64,000 bases of DNA from an uncultured Dehalococcoidaceae bacterium (lineage in GTDB: Bacteria; Chloroflexota; Dehalococcoidia; Dehalococcoidales; RBG-16-60-22). A program made the position numbers and the translations under genes. The notes under the pieces were generated by a model. That model was not told where the DNA came from. It did no database searches and worked only from the letters and a program-made list of their open reading frames with translations. The stretch lies in the NCBI GenBank assembly GCA_964558675.1, contig CAZLEY010000006.1, forward strand, positions 15,043 through 79,042. Direction: 5' to 3'. Of the stretch, positions 43,429 to 52,472 are shown in pieces (position 1 is the stretch's first letter; the number at the start of each line of letters is the position of its first letter).

Positions 43429-44232
43429 ATGATTGAACTGGAAATGCAGAACGTATCACTCGGCTATAACTATCAGCCGGTGCTTGAAGATATTACCCTC
43501 AGGGCATCGCCGGGGCAACTGGTGGGGATTATCGGCCCCAACGGCTCCGGTAAATCGACTATCATCAAGGCGTTGAGTCGCGTCATCAGTCCCATATCAG
43601 GCAAGATACTGCTTGACCGACAGGATGTAGTAAGAATACCGAGGCGTGAATTAGCCTGCCTGGTTGGAGTCGTACCTCAGATGCCCCTGCTCCCCAGCAC
43701 CTTTACCGCCTTCGAGATAGTGCTCATGGGCAGGAACCCGCACCTGGGGCTGTTTCAATCCGAAGGTCCGCGTGACTGGTCAATCGCCTGGGAGGCTATG
43801 GAAAAGACAGCCACCCACTTACTGGCGAGTCGACGGGTAAACGAGCTATCGGGCGGGGAAATACAATGCCTGCTGATTGCCCGCGTCCTTGTGCAGGAGA
43901 CTAAGGCAATCCTCCTTGACGAACCGACAGCCAACCTGGATATCGGCCGTCAGGTCGAGGTGCTTGACCTCATCAAGAACCTCTGTACGGAGAGTAATCT
44001 GACCGTTTTGGCCGCCCTTCACGACCTCAACCTGGCGGCACAGTACTGCGACCGTCTGCTCTTGATTAACGAGAGACGCATTCATGCCGAAGGCACACCG
44101 ACTGAGGTTATTACCGATACGAATATCAAGCAGGTCTACGGCGCGGAGAACTGCGTTTACACCCATCCCGTTAACGGCCTCCCAACTGTCCTGCTGAGCG
44201 CTAAAAATAATAAACCGACCGGAAGACAATAA
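43429..44232 (+). CDS. btuD: ABC transporter ATP-binding protein (BtuD/FepC-like)
   Basis: Walker A GPNGSGKST, signature LSGGE, Walker B ILLDEPT. Confidence 0.85.
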   Translation: MIELEMQNVSLGYNYQPVLEDITLRASPGQLVGIIGPNGSGKSTIIKALSRVISPISGKILLDRQDVVRIPRRELACLVGVVPQMPLLPSTFTAFEIVLMGRNPHLGLFQSEGPRDWSIAWEAMEKTATHLLASRRVNELSGGEIQCLLIARVLVQETKAILLDEPTANLDIGRQVEVLDLIKNLCTESNLTVLAALHDLNLAAQYCDRLLLINERRIHAEGTPTEVITDTNIKQVYGAENCVYTHPVNGLPTVLLSAKNNKPTGRQ

Positions 44233-45159
44233 ATGGAAATAATCATACTGGCACTGGCTATCATCCTGGACATGGCTCTGGGTGACCCGCCTAACGTCAT
44301 ACACCCGGTCGCCTGGATGGGGAAGGTTATCTCATTTCTGGAAAAGGCGCGCTTGGGACACCATCCGGCCGTTCAGTTTCTCTATGGCACAGCCACGACC
44401 CTGTTGATGATAGCGCTGTTCGTTGCTCCCGTCTATTTTATACTCCTCTACCTGGGACAACTTAACATTATTGCCAGCACTATAGTGGCGGCCGTACTCC
44501 TTAAATGTACCTTCTCCATCAAGGGACTACGGCTCGCCGCGATAAAGGTCAGGAAGCTTTTACAGGAAAATAAGCTGGATGAAGCGCGCCTGGAACTGCG
44601 CTCGCTGGTCAGTCGCGATACAGATCTGCCCAGGCCGCTGCTGGTATCGGCCACGGTGGAATCGGTGGCGGAGGGTATTTGCGACAGTCTGGTGGCTCCC
44701 CTGTTTTACTTCCTATTGTTCGGCCTTCCCGGTGCTATCGGCTACCGGGTAGTCAACACCATGGACTCCATGATAGGCTATCACGGGAAGTACGAGCATC
44801 TGGGCAAGTTCGCCAGCCGACTGGACGACGTACTCAACTTCATACCGGCCAGGCTGACGGCATTATTACTCGTTTTGGCTGCCCTGGTGTTGAAAAGAAA
44901 CGGTCGCAATGCCTGGCAGACGGCTCTCCGGGAACACACCCGAACCGAAAGCCCCAATGCCGGCTGGCCGATGGCCGCCATGGCCGGCGCCCTGGACGTA
45001 CGACTGGAGAAGACGGACTACTATATAATCGGAAAGGCAAATGCCCTTCCTGTGCCGGACACTATTGATACCTCGTTGAAATTACTGGTACTGGCGGCAT
45101 CCGCCTGGATGCTGATATGCTTTATCTCGGGGGTGATTTACTTTGTCATTACGGCCTAA
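44233..45159 (+). CDS. cbiB: Adenosylcobinamide-phosphate synthase (CbiB)
   Basis: LDMALGDPPNVIHPVAWMGKVI N-terminus and the NAGWPMAAMAGAL motif. The start directly abuts the btuD stop. Confidence 0.85.
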   Translation: MEIIILALAIILDMALGDPPNVIHPVAWMGKVISFLEKARLGHHPAVQFLYGTATTLLMIALFVAPVYFILLYLGQLNIIASTIVAAVLLKCTFSIKGLRLAAIKVRKLLQENKLDEARLELRSLVSRDTDLPRPLLVSATVESVAEGICDSLVAPLFYFLLFGLPGAIGYRVVNTMDSMIGYHGKYEHLGKFASRLDDVLNFIPARLTALLLVLAALVLKRNGRNAWQTALREHTRTESPNAGWPMAAMAGALDVRLEKTDYYIIGKANALPVPDTIDTSLKLLVLAASAWMLICFISGVIYFVITA

Positions 45160-46249
45160 ACGATGGATAGCTGGACTCAAAACCTGCGCACATGGTGGTA
45201 TTTACCATGCCGAGATAACGGCTTACGGGTTAAAACCGGAAGACATTATTGATTTCTCCGTCTGCACCAACCCATTCATGCCGCCTCCGGGAATAAAGGA
45301 AATATCGAGCCAGATACCTATTGAGCAATACCCCGATTCCGAAGCTACCGAACTGAGACAGCGTCTCTCGGAGAGCCTGGGAATGCCCCCGGAGAACATC
45401 CTCGTCGGCAGCGGTACTACCGAGTTAATAAGGCTTATCGCCATGACCTATTTCCGCAAGGGAGACCCCATCCTGATAATGGAGCCAACTTACGGTGAGT
45501 ATGAGGTCGCCTGCCGCCTGGCCGGTGCCAGGCCGGTCAGGTATCGGGCAGAGGAAGAGCACGATTTCACGCTGAAGATAGAGGACATTGTCAATATCGT
45601 CCGGAAGCATCAGCCAGCAAGTATGTTTTTATGTAATCCCAATAATCCCACGGGGAAATATCTCTCACGCCGTGAGGTTGAGACGGTCATGGACACAGGT
45701 AAAGATACCCTGCTTATCCTGGATGAGGCTTATGTTGCCTTTGTCGAGGAAAGGTGGAATTCGGTTAACCTTACGGCACGGGATAACGTGGTTATCCTGC
45801 GTTCCATGACCAAGGACTACGGACTGCCCGGACTCCGCCTCGGCTATGCCGTTGCCCACCAGGAGATTATTGATAGCCTGCGTCGGGTCGCACCGCCCTG
45901 GAACGTTAATATCGTTGCCCAGAAAGTAGGAACGACCGTCCTAGAAAACGGGGAATATCTTGAGCAGAGCCTTCAGCGAATACGGGAAGCCAAACGTTTC
46001 CTTATTAATAAGCTCTACCGTCTCGGCTTCAAAGTTTTACCCTCAGACGCCAATTACTTCCTGGTAAAAGTGGGACACGCAACAAGTTTTCGCCGTTCTC
46101 TGGTCAAACATGGTATCCTCGTCCGCGACTGTACCTCTTTCGGCCTGCCGGAATACATACGTATTGCACCCCGCACCATACCCGAGTGCGAAAAGCTCAT
46201 TACGGCTATTAGCGTAATAATGCAGTCAGGAGAATACTTTAATGAATAG
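45143..46249 (+). CDS. cobD: L-threonine-O-3-phosphate decarboxylase (CobD, class I/II aminotransferase fold)
   Basis: HGG...IIDFSVCTNPFMPPPG, LCNPNNPTG, SMTKDYGLPGLRLGY (PLP Lys). The start codon is uncertain (TTG 45143). Confidence 0.75.
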   Translation: MSLRPKRWIAGLKTCAHGGIYHAEITAYGLKPEDIIDFSVCTNPFMPPPGIKEISSQIPIEQYPDSEATELRQRLSESLGMPPENILVGSGTTELIRLIAMTYFRKGDPILIMEPTYGEYEVACRLAGARPVRYRAEEEHDFTLKIEDIVNIVRKHQPASMFLCNPNNPTGKYLSRREVETVMDTGKDTLLILDEAYVAFVEERWNSVNLTARDNVVILRSMTKDYGLPGLRLGYAVAHQEIIDSLRRVAPPWNVNIVAQKVGTTVLENGEYLEQSLQRIREAKRFLINKLYRLGFKVLPSDANYFLVKVGHATSFRRSLVKHGILVRDCTSFGLPEYIRIAPRTIPECEKLITAISVIMQSGEYFNE

Positions 46250-47309
46250 AATCCAGAAAACAATTGAGATGATAAAACCTCTGGACAAAGCGGCCATGGC
46301 CGAAGCTCAGTCCCGCCAGGACGCCCTGACCAAGCCACAGGGAAGCCTGGGCAGACTTGAGGAACTGGCCGTTCAGCTGGCCGGTATCCAGGGAAAGGCC
46401 AGCCCGCGTATTGTTGATAAAGTCATGATTACCATGGCTGGCGACCACGGGGTAGTCACTGAAAAGATAGGCAACTGGCCGCAGGAGGTTACCGCCCAGA
46501 TGGTTGAGAATTTCCTCCGGGGTGGGGCGGGCATTAACGTGCTTGCCCGCCAGGCAGGAGCCAGAATCATATTTGTTGACATGGGGGTAGCCAGCGACCT
46601 CAGGCCTGACCCACAGCTTACCGTGAGAAAAATCGACTACGGCACAAAAAATATGTGCCTAGGACCAGCGATGACCAGCGAACAGGCGATAAAGGCAATA
46701 GCCGCCGGGATTGATATCGTCAACACTGAGGCCGACAAAGGCTTGGATATAGTAGGCACCGGCGACATGGGCATCGGCAATACCACCGCCAGTGCCGCTA
46801 TCTGCGCTGTTATGACCGGGGAGGCGGTAAGAGAAGTCGCCGGAAGAGGCACCGGCCTGACGGATGAACAGCTTGCCCACAAAATAGATGTAATCAACCG
46901 CGCCCTGACCATTAACCAGCCCGACCCATCCAGGTCCCTGGAGGTGCTGGCCAGGGTGGGGGGCTTTGAAATCGGGGGACTGGCAGGTGTCATGCTGGGA
47001 GCAGCGGCCAGACGCGTTCCGGTGGTCATTGACGGCTTCATCTCCGGGGCGGCAGCACTCATTGCTGTAGCGCTGTCACCGCAGCTTAAGGACTTCATCA
47101 TAGCCGCTCACGTCTCGGCCGAGTCCGGCCACCCGACCATGCTCAGGCACCTGGGGCTAAAGCCCCTGCTGGACCTTAGTATGCGCCTGGGTGAGGGCAC
47201 CGGCGCGGCGCTGGGAATATTCCTGGCTGAAGCCGCCGCCCGAACCCTTAACGAGATGGCCACTTTCGCCGAAGCCGGCGTTTCAGAAGGAGATGAGTCA
47301 GAAAGTTGA
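46242..47309 (+). CDS. cobT: Nicotinate-nucleotide--dimethylbenzimidazole phosphoribosyltransferase (CobT)
   Basis: LTKPQGSLGRLEELAVQLAGIQG, GDMGIGNTTASAA, MRLGEGTGAAL. Confidence 0.9.
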   Translation: MNRIQKTIEMIKPLDKAAMAEAQSRQDALTKPQGSLGRLEELAVQLAGIQGKASPRIVDKVMITMAGDHGVVTEKIGNWPQEVTAQMVENFLRGGAGINVLARQAGARIIFVDMGVASDLRPDPQLTVRKIDYGTKNMCLGPAMTSEQAIKAIAAGIDIVNTEADKGLDIVGTGDMGIGNTTASAAICAVMTGEAVREVAGRGTGLTDEQLAHKIDVINRALTINQPDPSRSLEVLARVGGFEIGGLAGVMLGAAARRVPVVIDGFISGAAALIAVALSPQLKDFIIAAHVSAESGHPTMLRHLGLKPLLDLSMRLGEGTGAALGIFLAEAAARTLNEMATFAEAGVSEGDESES

Positions 47310-48070
47310 GTTTCCTGGCCGCTTTGCGGTTCTTAACCAGCATACCACTGCCCGGACATCCTTCAGCTGAAGGACCGGAGCAACTGGGGCGCGCTACGGC
47401 CTACTTCCCGGTGGTCGGCCTCATCATCGGACTTGTCTTGGCCGGGTTGAACTGGCTGTTGAATTTTATTCTGCCTCCAGCCGTTGTTAATGCACTGCTG
47501 ATTGTTATTCTGGTGTTAATTACCGGGGCCTTACACCTGGATGGATTTGTTGACACCTGCGACGGCATAGCCGGCCATAAGTCGGTTGAAGACAGGTGGC
47601 GGGTAATGCGCGACAGCCGGGCCGGGGCCTTCGGTATCGTCGGGGTCGTTCTGCTGCTGCTGGTCAAATACGTTTCACTGAACAGCATACCCGGAGTTCT
47701 CCTGACGGCCAACCTGATATTTATGCCTGTAATAAGCCGCTGGGCAATGGTCTATGCTATTTTCACTCACCCCTACGCGCACCAGTCCGGACTGGGAACG
47801 GCCTTCAAGCAAAATACAAGGTGGCCCCAGTTCCTTAGCGCCACGATTATTACGTTCGCGGTAGCCATAGCGCTATTCCCGTTTTTCTCGTTAACCGCCT
47901 TGCTACTCATTTTCGGTATCTGGGTTATAACCACACTTTTCTCCATCTACCTCAAGCGTAAATTTGCCGGTCTTACCGGCGATACCTACGGTGCAATAAA
48001 TGAAGTGGCCGAAGTGCTGTCACTCGTCCTGGCCAGTCTGGTTTATACCGTAGCCGGGAACTTAAGATAA
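47306..48070 (+). CDS. cobS: Adenosylcobinamide-GDP ribazoletransferase (cobalamin synthase CobS)
   Basis: LRFLTSIPLPG start, HLDGFVDTCDG motif, polytopic membrane protein. TTG start overlaps the cobT stop. Confidence 0.85.
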   Translation: MSFLAALRFLTSIPLPGHPSAEGPEQLGRATAYFPVVGLIIGLVLAGLNWLLNFILPPAVVNALLIVILVLITGALHLDGFVDTCDGIAGHKSVEDRWRVMRDSRAGAFGIVGVVLLLLVKYVSLNSIPGVLLTANLIFMPVISRWAMVYAIFTHPYAHQSGLGTAFKQNTRWPQFLSATIITFAVAIALFPFFSLTALLLIFGIWVITTLFSIYLKRKFAGLTGDTYGAINEVAEVLSLVLASLVYTVAGNLR

Positions 48071-48078
48071 AGAAGTAC

Positions 48079-49602
48079 GTGATTATGAAAAACGCCAGAA
48101 CATTGATGATACAGGGTACGGCTTCGTCAGCCGGGAAGAGCATCCTGGTGGCTGCTTTGTGCCGCATCCTCCGTCAGGACGGCCACCGGGTGGCGCCGTT
48201 TAAGGCACAGAACATGGCGCTTAATTCCTTCGTTACCGCCAGTGGCGGCGAGATTGGTCGGGCACAGGCGGTACAGGCGGAGGCAGCCGGTATAGAACCC
48301 ACGGTGGACATGAACCCGGTACTCCTCAAGCCAACGGCCGACACCGGCAGCCAGGTAATCGTTATGGGCAAGGTAGCCAGGACAATATCCGCCAGCGACT
48401 ATTATAAGTACACCCCTTCCCTGCTGAAAACGATAGAGGCTGCTTTAAACCGGCTCCGTGATGCTTATGATATTGTGGTCATCGAAGGAGCCGGCAGCCC
48501 GGCGGAGATAAACCTCAAAGACAGAGAGATTGTCAACATGCGTATAGCCAGGATGTCAGGCACCCCCGTCCTGCTTGTAGGCGATATTGACCGGGGAGGC
48601 GTATTCGCATCTCTCATCGGCACACTGGAGCTGCTGGACGAGGATGAGCGGCGCTATATCAAGGGCCTGATTATCAACAAGTTCCGCGGCGACCTTAATC
48701 TCTTCCAGCCGGGGTTGGAATTTCTGGAAAGGCGCACCGCCAGACCCGTGCTTGGTGTGGTGCCTTACTTCCGCGATATACGTATTGCCCAGGAGGACTC
48801 TGTTTACCTTGATGAGAAGTCGGACAGCACGGCAACAGGCGGCCTGAACATTGCTGTTATCCGACTGCCGCATATCTCCAATTATGATGACTTCGACCCT
48901 CTGGAAGATGAGGGCTGTCGGGTAAACTTCGCAACACAACGCTTTGAACTCGGCAATCCACACCTTATCATCCTGCCCGGCACTAAAAGCACCGTCAACG
49001 ACCTCCAGTATCTCTGGCATTCCGGACTGGCGAGAAGCATTGAACTCAAAGCTAAAGAAGGCACTCCCGTAGTGGGTATTTGCGGCGGCTTCCAGATGCT
49101 GGGAAAGAGTATCCTTGACCCGCAGGGAGTGGAGTCGGACAGAACTGAAGTAAGTGGACTGGGACTGCTCAATGTGGTCACCACCTTCACGCCGGAGAAA
49201 TCCACCAGGCAGGTTAGAGCGCGGGTGCTGTCAGATATCGGGCTGCTCTCAGGGACAAAAGGGCAGGAACTTACAGGCTATGAGATACACATGGGACAGA
49301 CCCAGCATGAGGACAAATTAAACGCCTTTCAAATTACAGAGACTCCGCAGGGGGCTGCCGATTACAGAGACGGCATGCTCAATGACAGGGGCACCGTACT
49401 GGGAACATACATGCACGGCCTGTTCCACAATGACAATTTCCGCCAGGCCTTTCTCAACTCCCTGCGACGGTACTGGGGACTGCCTGAAACAGCGGGTAGC
49501 TCCACGGTAGGAAAAGAGCAACATTATGACAAGCTGGCGGAACTGGTCCGCCACAACCTGAACATTAAAGAAATTTATCGGATAATGGAGGAACCGGTTT
49601 GA
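48079..49602 (+). CDS. cobQ: Cobyric acid synthase (CobQ/CbiP)
   Basis: MIQGTASSAGKSILVAALCRIL, APFKAQNMALNS, and a C-terminal GATase domain (ICGGFQMLG, YMHG). The start is GTG 48079 or ATG 48085. Confidence 0.9.
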   Translation: MIMKNARTLMIQGTASSAGKSILVAALCRILRQDGHRVAPFKAQNMALNSFVTASGGEIGRAQAVQAEAAGIEPTVDMNPVLLKPTADTGSQVIVMGKVARTISASDYYKYTPSLLKTIEAALNRLRDAYDIVVIEGAGSPAEINLKDREIVNMRIARMSGTPVLLVGDIDRGGVFASLIGTLELLDEDERRYIKGLIINKFRGDLNLFQPGLEFLERRTARPVLGVVPYFRDIRIAQEDSVYLDEKSDSTATGGLNIAVIRLPHISNYDDFDPLEDEGCRVNFATQRFELGNPHLIILPGTKSTVNDLQYLWHSGLARSIELKAKEGTPVVGICGGFQMLGKSILDPQGVESDRTEVSGLGLLNVVTTFTPEKSTRQVRARVLSDIGLLSGTKGQELTGYEIHMGQTQHEDKLNAFQITETPQGAADYRDGMLNDRGTVLGTYMHGLFHNDNFRQAFLNSLRRYWGLPETAGSSTVGKEQHYDKLAELVRHNLNIKEIYRIMEEPV

Positions 49603-50153
49603 AAAGCACTCTCATTATCGGTGGTGCCCGCAGCGGCAAGAGCCATTTCGCCCAGCAGCTAGCTTTGAAGTCGGCCGGTGGCGTGCTTTTCGTAGCTACG
49701 GCCGAGGCCGGTGACGAGGAGATGAGACAGCGTATTGAAGCGCACCGCAAGGCAAGACCCTCTACCTGGGCAACCCTTGAGGCAACGGCACATATTGGCC
49801 ATCAAATTACCCGGAGTATCGGTAGAGCCCAAACGGTTATTATAGACTGCATCACCCTGCTGATTAGTAATATCATTCTGCAACACGAGCGACGAATTAA
49901 TAGGGAAATTGACACAGCCGCCATTGAAAAAGTGATCACGGCTGAAATCGATGAATTAGTGAAGTGTATTAAACGATTCGATGCTCACTTCATTATCGTA
50001 ACCAATGATGTCGGCCTTGGCCTGGTGCCGGCTGACAAAGCAAGCCGGCTCTATCGCGACTGGCTGGGTAAGGCCAACCAGATGCTGGCAGAGCACACCG
50101 ACGAGGTCTACCTCATGGTAGCCGGTATACCGGTGACTATAAAACTGGCTTGA
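49599..50153 (+). CDS. cobU: Bifunctional adenosylcobinamide kinase / cobinamide-phosphate guanylyltransferase (CobU/CobP)
   Basis: P-loop LIIGGARSGKSHFAQ, VTNDVGLGLVP. TTG start 6 nt after a GGAGGA SD, overlapping the cobQ stop. Confidence 0.85.
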   Translation: MKSTLIIGGARSGKSHFAQQLALKSAGGVLFVATAEAGDEEMRQRIEAHRKARPSTWATLEATAHIGHQITRSIGRAQTVIIDCITLLISNIILQHERRINREIDTAAIEKVITAEIDELVKCIKRFDAHFIIVTNDVGLGLVPADKASRLYRDWLGKANQMLAEHTDEVYLMVAGIPVTIKLA

Positions 50154-50222
50154 GCATAATCTGTCCAACCTGGTTCTCAAGGATTATCCTTTAAGGAACA
50201 GCCGGAATCATGTTATAATGTA

Positions 50223-50251
50223 TTGACAGCCAGCAAATCTCGGTATAGAAT
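50223..50251 (+). promoter_or_regulatory. Candidate sigma70 promoter for the GYD gene
   Basis: TTGACA (50223-50228), 17 nt, TAGAAT (50246-50251). Confidence 0.5.
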
Positions 50252-50311
50252 AGTAGCCTAACAAAATCATATAGAAAACGCTAATATGAATCTCTAAATG
50301 AGGTGAATGAA

Positions 50312-50623
50312 ATGCCCTATTATGTCATGTTGACCACGCTAACGGACGCAGGAAGAAAGACCATCATGAAGAACCCAGGCAGAATCTGGGAAGTCAACAA
50401 GGAAGTGGAGGAGATGGGAGCTAAAATACTGGTCCAGTACTCGCTGCTGGGCGAATATGATTTCCTAAATATCCTTGAAGCTCCCAACAATACAGTCATA
50501 GCCAGGGTTGCGGCGCAGTTAGGATCCAGGGGCACTCTCCAGCCATTAACGATGGCGGCTATTACCATAGAGGACCTGGTAAAAGAATTAAGAACAGCCA
50601 AAGCTTATAAGAAAGATAAATAG
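50312..50623 (+). CDS. GYD domain protein
   Basis: MPYYVMLTTLTDAGRKTI...LLGEYDFLNILEAPNN...GTLQPLTM matches the GYD family pattern. ATG 50312 follows a TGAGGTG SD. Confidence 0.65.
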   Translation: MPYYVMLTTLTDAGRKTIMKNPGRIWEVNKEVEEMGAKILVQYSLLGEYDFLNILEAPNNTVIARVAAQLGSRGTLQPLTMAAITIEDLVKELRTAKAYKKDK

Positions 50624-50748
50624 TACATAATCATCCGTCAGTAGTTCCGCGGACTTTAAGCATTACCACCATCGAAATCTAGCCAGAGCCGCCATTCGCT
50701 GCCCTCCTGATTTTACGGAAATAAACTAGCGGTGAGGAGAACATATAT

Positions 50749-51114
50749 ATGAAATGCCAGCGGTGCCAGCGTGAAATTTCCGAAGACGAAAGCCATACAC
50801 ATTTCGGTGAAATACTGTGTGATGACTGCTATATAGATGTCAGGTCGCCAGCCAAGTCCTGCGACCCCTGGGCAGTCTATCTGGCCACCCGTACCCGCGA
50901 GAGCACGGGACTTAAAGGTGCCGAAGGGCTAAATTCTTTACAGCAGGCAATTTATACGTTTATAAAGAACAAAGGCAAGGCTACTCCGGAAGAAGTAATA
51001 ACGAAATTCAATATCTCTCAACTCGACCTGCAAAACCAGATTGCTACATTAAGGCATTGTGAGCTGGTTAAAGGACATAAAAAAGGTAACGAGATTTACC
51101 TCGTTCCTTTTTAA
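50749..51114 (+). CDS. Zinc-ribbon plus winged-helix-like small protein (unknown function)
   Basis: N-terminal CQRC...(17)...CDDC four-Cys ribbon. The C-terminal LQQAIYTFIKNKGKATPEEVITKFNISQLDLQNQIATLRHCELV looks like a wHTH. GAGGAG SD. Confidence 0.5.
   Translation: MKCQRCQREISEDESHTHFGEILCDDCYIDVRSPAKSCDPWAVYLATRTRESTGLKGAEGLNSLQQAIYTFIKNKGKATPEEVITKFNISQLDLQNQIATLRHCELVKGHKKGNEIYLVPF
51079..51112. terminator. Bidirectional-type terminator hairpin overlapping the stop of 50749-51114
   Basis: AAAAAGGTAACGAG-ATTTAC-CTCGTTCCTTTTT: a ~13-bp stem with one bulge, an A-tract on one side and a T-tract on the other. Confidence 0.55.
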
Positions 51115-51116
51115 AT

Positions 51117-51138
51117 TTAATAATTAATTAATAATTAA
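51117..51138. repeat. Exact tandem 11-mer TTAATAATTAA x2 inside a pure-AT spacer
   Basis: 51117-51127 and 51128-51138 are identical, and the 22-mer is also 20/22 self-complementary. Confidence 0.8.
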
Positions 51139-51243
51139 CGAATAATATAATATTATCCGTTAAAACTGGAAGTCTCACTATCCTACTTATTTCCTCATAA
51201 TACTACTCAGGAATAAATATGGATAAATTTTTCAGGTAACATT

Positions 51244-51570
51244 ATGATATTTGGCCCACAGGAAATAATCCTTATTGTACTGGTTGTCATTGCCATTTTA
51301 ATGATAACACTCATTGTCCGAATAGGCCGCAGTAGCACCAAACGAAACCATATTCCTTCAAAAACTACCATGATTAAAGAGTTCAAGCAGCATATGAGCA
51401 GGCTGTATGGCTTTTTCAGGCAAACAGGTATCGCCCTGGCTGTAATCGGTATTCTCCTCATACTCTCCGGCTTAATTACGTTCAAATGGACAGTGCCAGG
51501 CTACATGTGGTCATTCATTATCATTGTCATCGGTTCCATCATGGCATTTATGTTCAGGAAGAAGGTGTGA
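51244..51570 (+). CDS. Small membrane protein (3 predicted TM), unknown function
   Basis: 108 aa with hydrophobic segments IILIVLVVIAILMITLIV, GIALAVIGILLILSGLI and MWSFIIIVIGSIMAFMF. Weak SD. Confidence 0.45.
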   Translation: MIFGPQEIILIVLVVIAILMITLIVRIGRSSTKRNHIPSKTTMIKEFKQHMSRLYGFFRQTGIALAVIGILLILSGLITFKWTVPGYMWSFIIIVIGSIMAFMFRKKV

Positions 51571-51577
51571 AGCTGCC

Positions 51578-52336
51578 ATGTCTGTTCCCCTAAAACCACT
51601 TAAATGGTACAAAGAACTGACCACGAAAAAAGGTCGGCTCGAAGCCGGGGCATTCCCTGTGGAAGGTGATAAGGCCATCAATCAAATAATCAGCACGTAC
51701 CCTGACGAGATAATCGAGATTCTGGCCGTAGAAAAGCCCCTCCCTGTCTATCGTGATTACCCCGTGAGTCTGGTTATGGAGAGCCAGTTCCACTCCATCT
51801 GTCACACCAGAACACCACAGGGGACTATGGCTATAGTACGTCTTCCGGCAAATATTTACTCCGGCTCCCTTCCCGAGGATACCGACCATAAAATCCTGCT
51901 GATGGAAGATATTCAGGACCCCGGGAATGTGGGCACCCTTATACGTACGGCTGCTGCCTTCGATTATTCCGGAGTCATTCTGACCGAAACCTGTGCCGAC
52001 CCCTTTTCGCCGAAATGCGTTCAGGCGTCGGCAGGGACGGTATTATCAGTATGGCTTAGAAGAACGACAAACTACCTCGTACTTGCCGAGGCGCTGAGAG
52101 AGAACGGCTACATCCTGATAGCGGCTGAGCCCGACGGCACAGACGAGCCATCAGTTTTCTCTCAACAGGATAAACTCCTGCTGGCGCTGGGTAACGAAGC
52201 GGCAGGACTCTCACAAGCGCTGCTGGACCTGGCCGATTACCGAATCCGAATCCCCACGATACGGCAAAAGGCAGAATCGCTCAATGTGGCCGCCTGTGGC
52301 GCCATCTGCATGTACCTTAGTTCCGTAAAAAATTGA
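51578..52336 (+). CDS. SpoU/TrmH-family RNA 2'-O-methyltransferase
   Basis: LLMEDIQDPGNVGTLIRTAAAF, LALGNEAAGLS, IRIPT....ESLNVAACGAICMY. Start moved to ATG 51578 (MSVPLKPL) so that it does not overlap the upstream gene. Confidence 0.8.
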   Translation: MSVPLKPLKWYKELTTKKGRLEAGAFPVEGDKAINQIISTYPDEIIEILAVEKPLPVYRDYPVSLVMESQFHSICHTRTPQGTMAIVRLPANIYSGSLPEDTDHKILLMEDIQDPGNVGTLIRTAAAFDYSGVILTETCADPFSPKCVQASAGTVLSVWLRRTTNYLVLAEALRENGYILIAAEPDGTDEPSVFSQQDKLLLALGNEAAGLSQALLDLADYRIRIPTIRQKAESLNVAACGAICMYLSSVKN

Positions 52337-52361
52337 ACGGTCAATAATACGCTGGTATAAT
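52333..52361 (+). promoter_or_regulatory. Strong sigma70 promoter with extended -10, upstream of the 444-aa URO-D-like gene
   Basis: TTGAAC (52333-52338), 17 nt, TGG-TATAAT (TATAAT 52356-52361). It would give a ~105-nt leader before ATG 52473. Confidence 0.6.
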
Positions 52362-52472
52362 CATAGAGCCAGTTCCTCCAGACAACAGACATTAGCCCCC
52401 AGACTTCGTCAACCTGCAATCAAACGTAGAAGGCGACGAGTTATTCATATAAAAAAAGGAAGATAAAGAAGA

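Noticed and set aside
51244-51330. TatA-like look of MIFGPQEIILIVLVVIAILMI
   Set aside because: The diagnostic F-G-x-x-K-L-P hinge and amphipathic helix are missing, and two extra TM helices follow. The resemblance is too weak to call.
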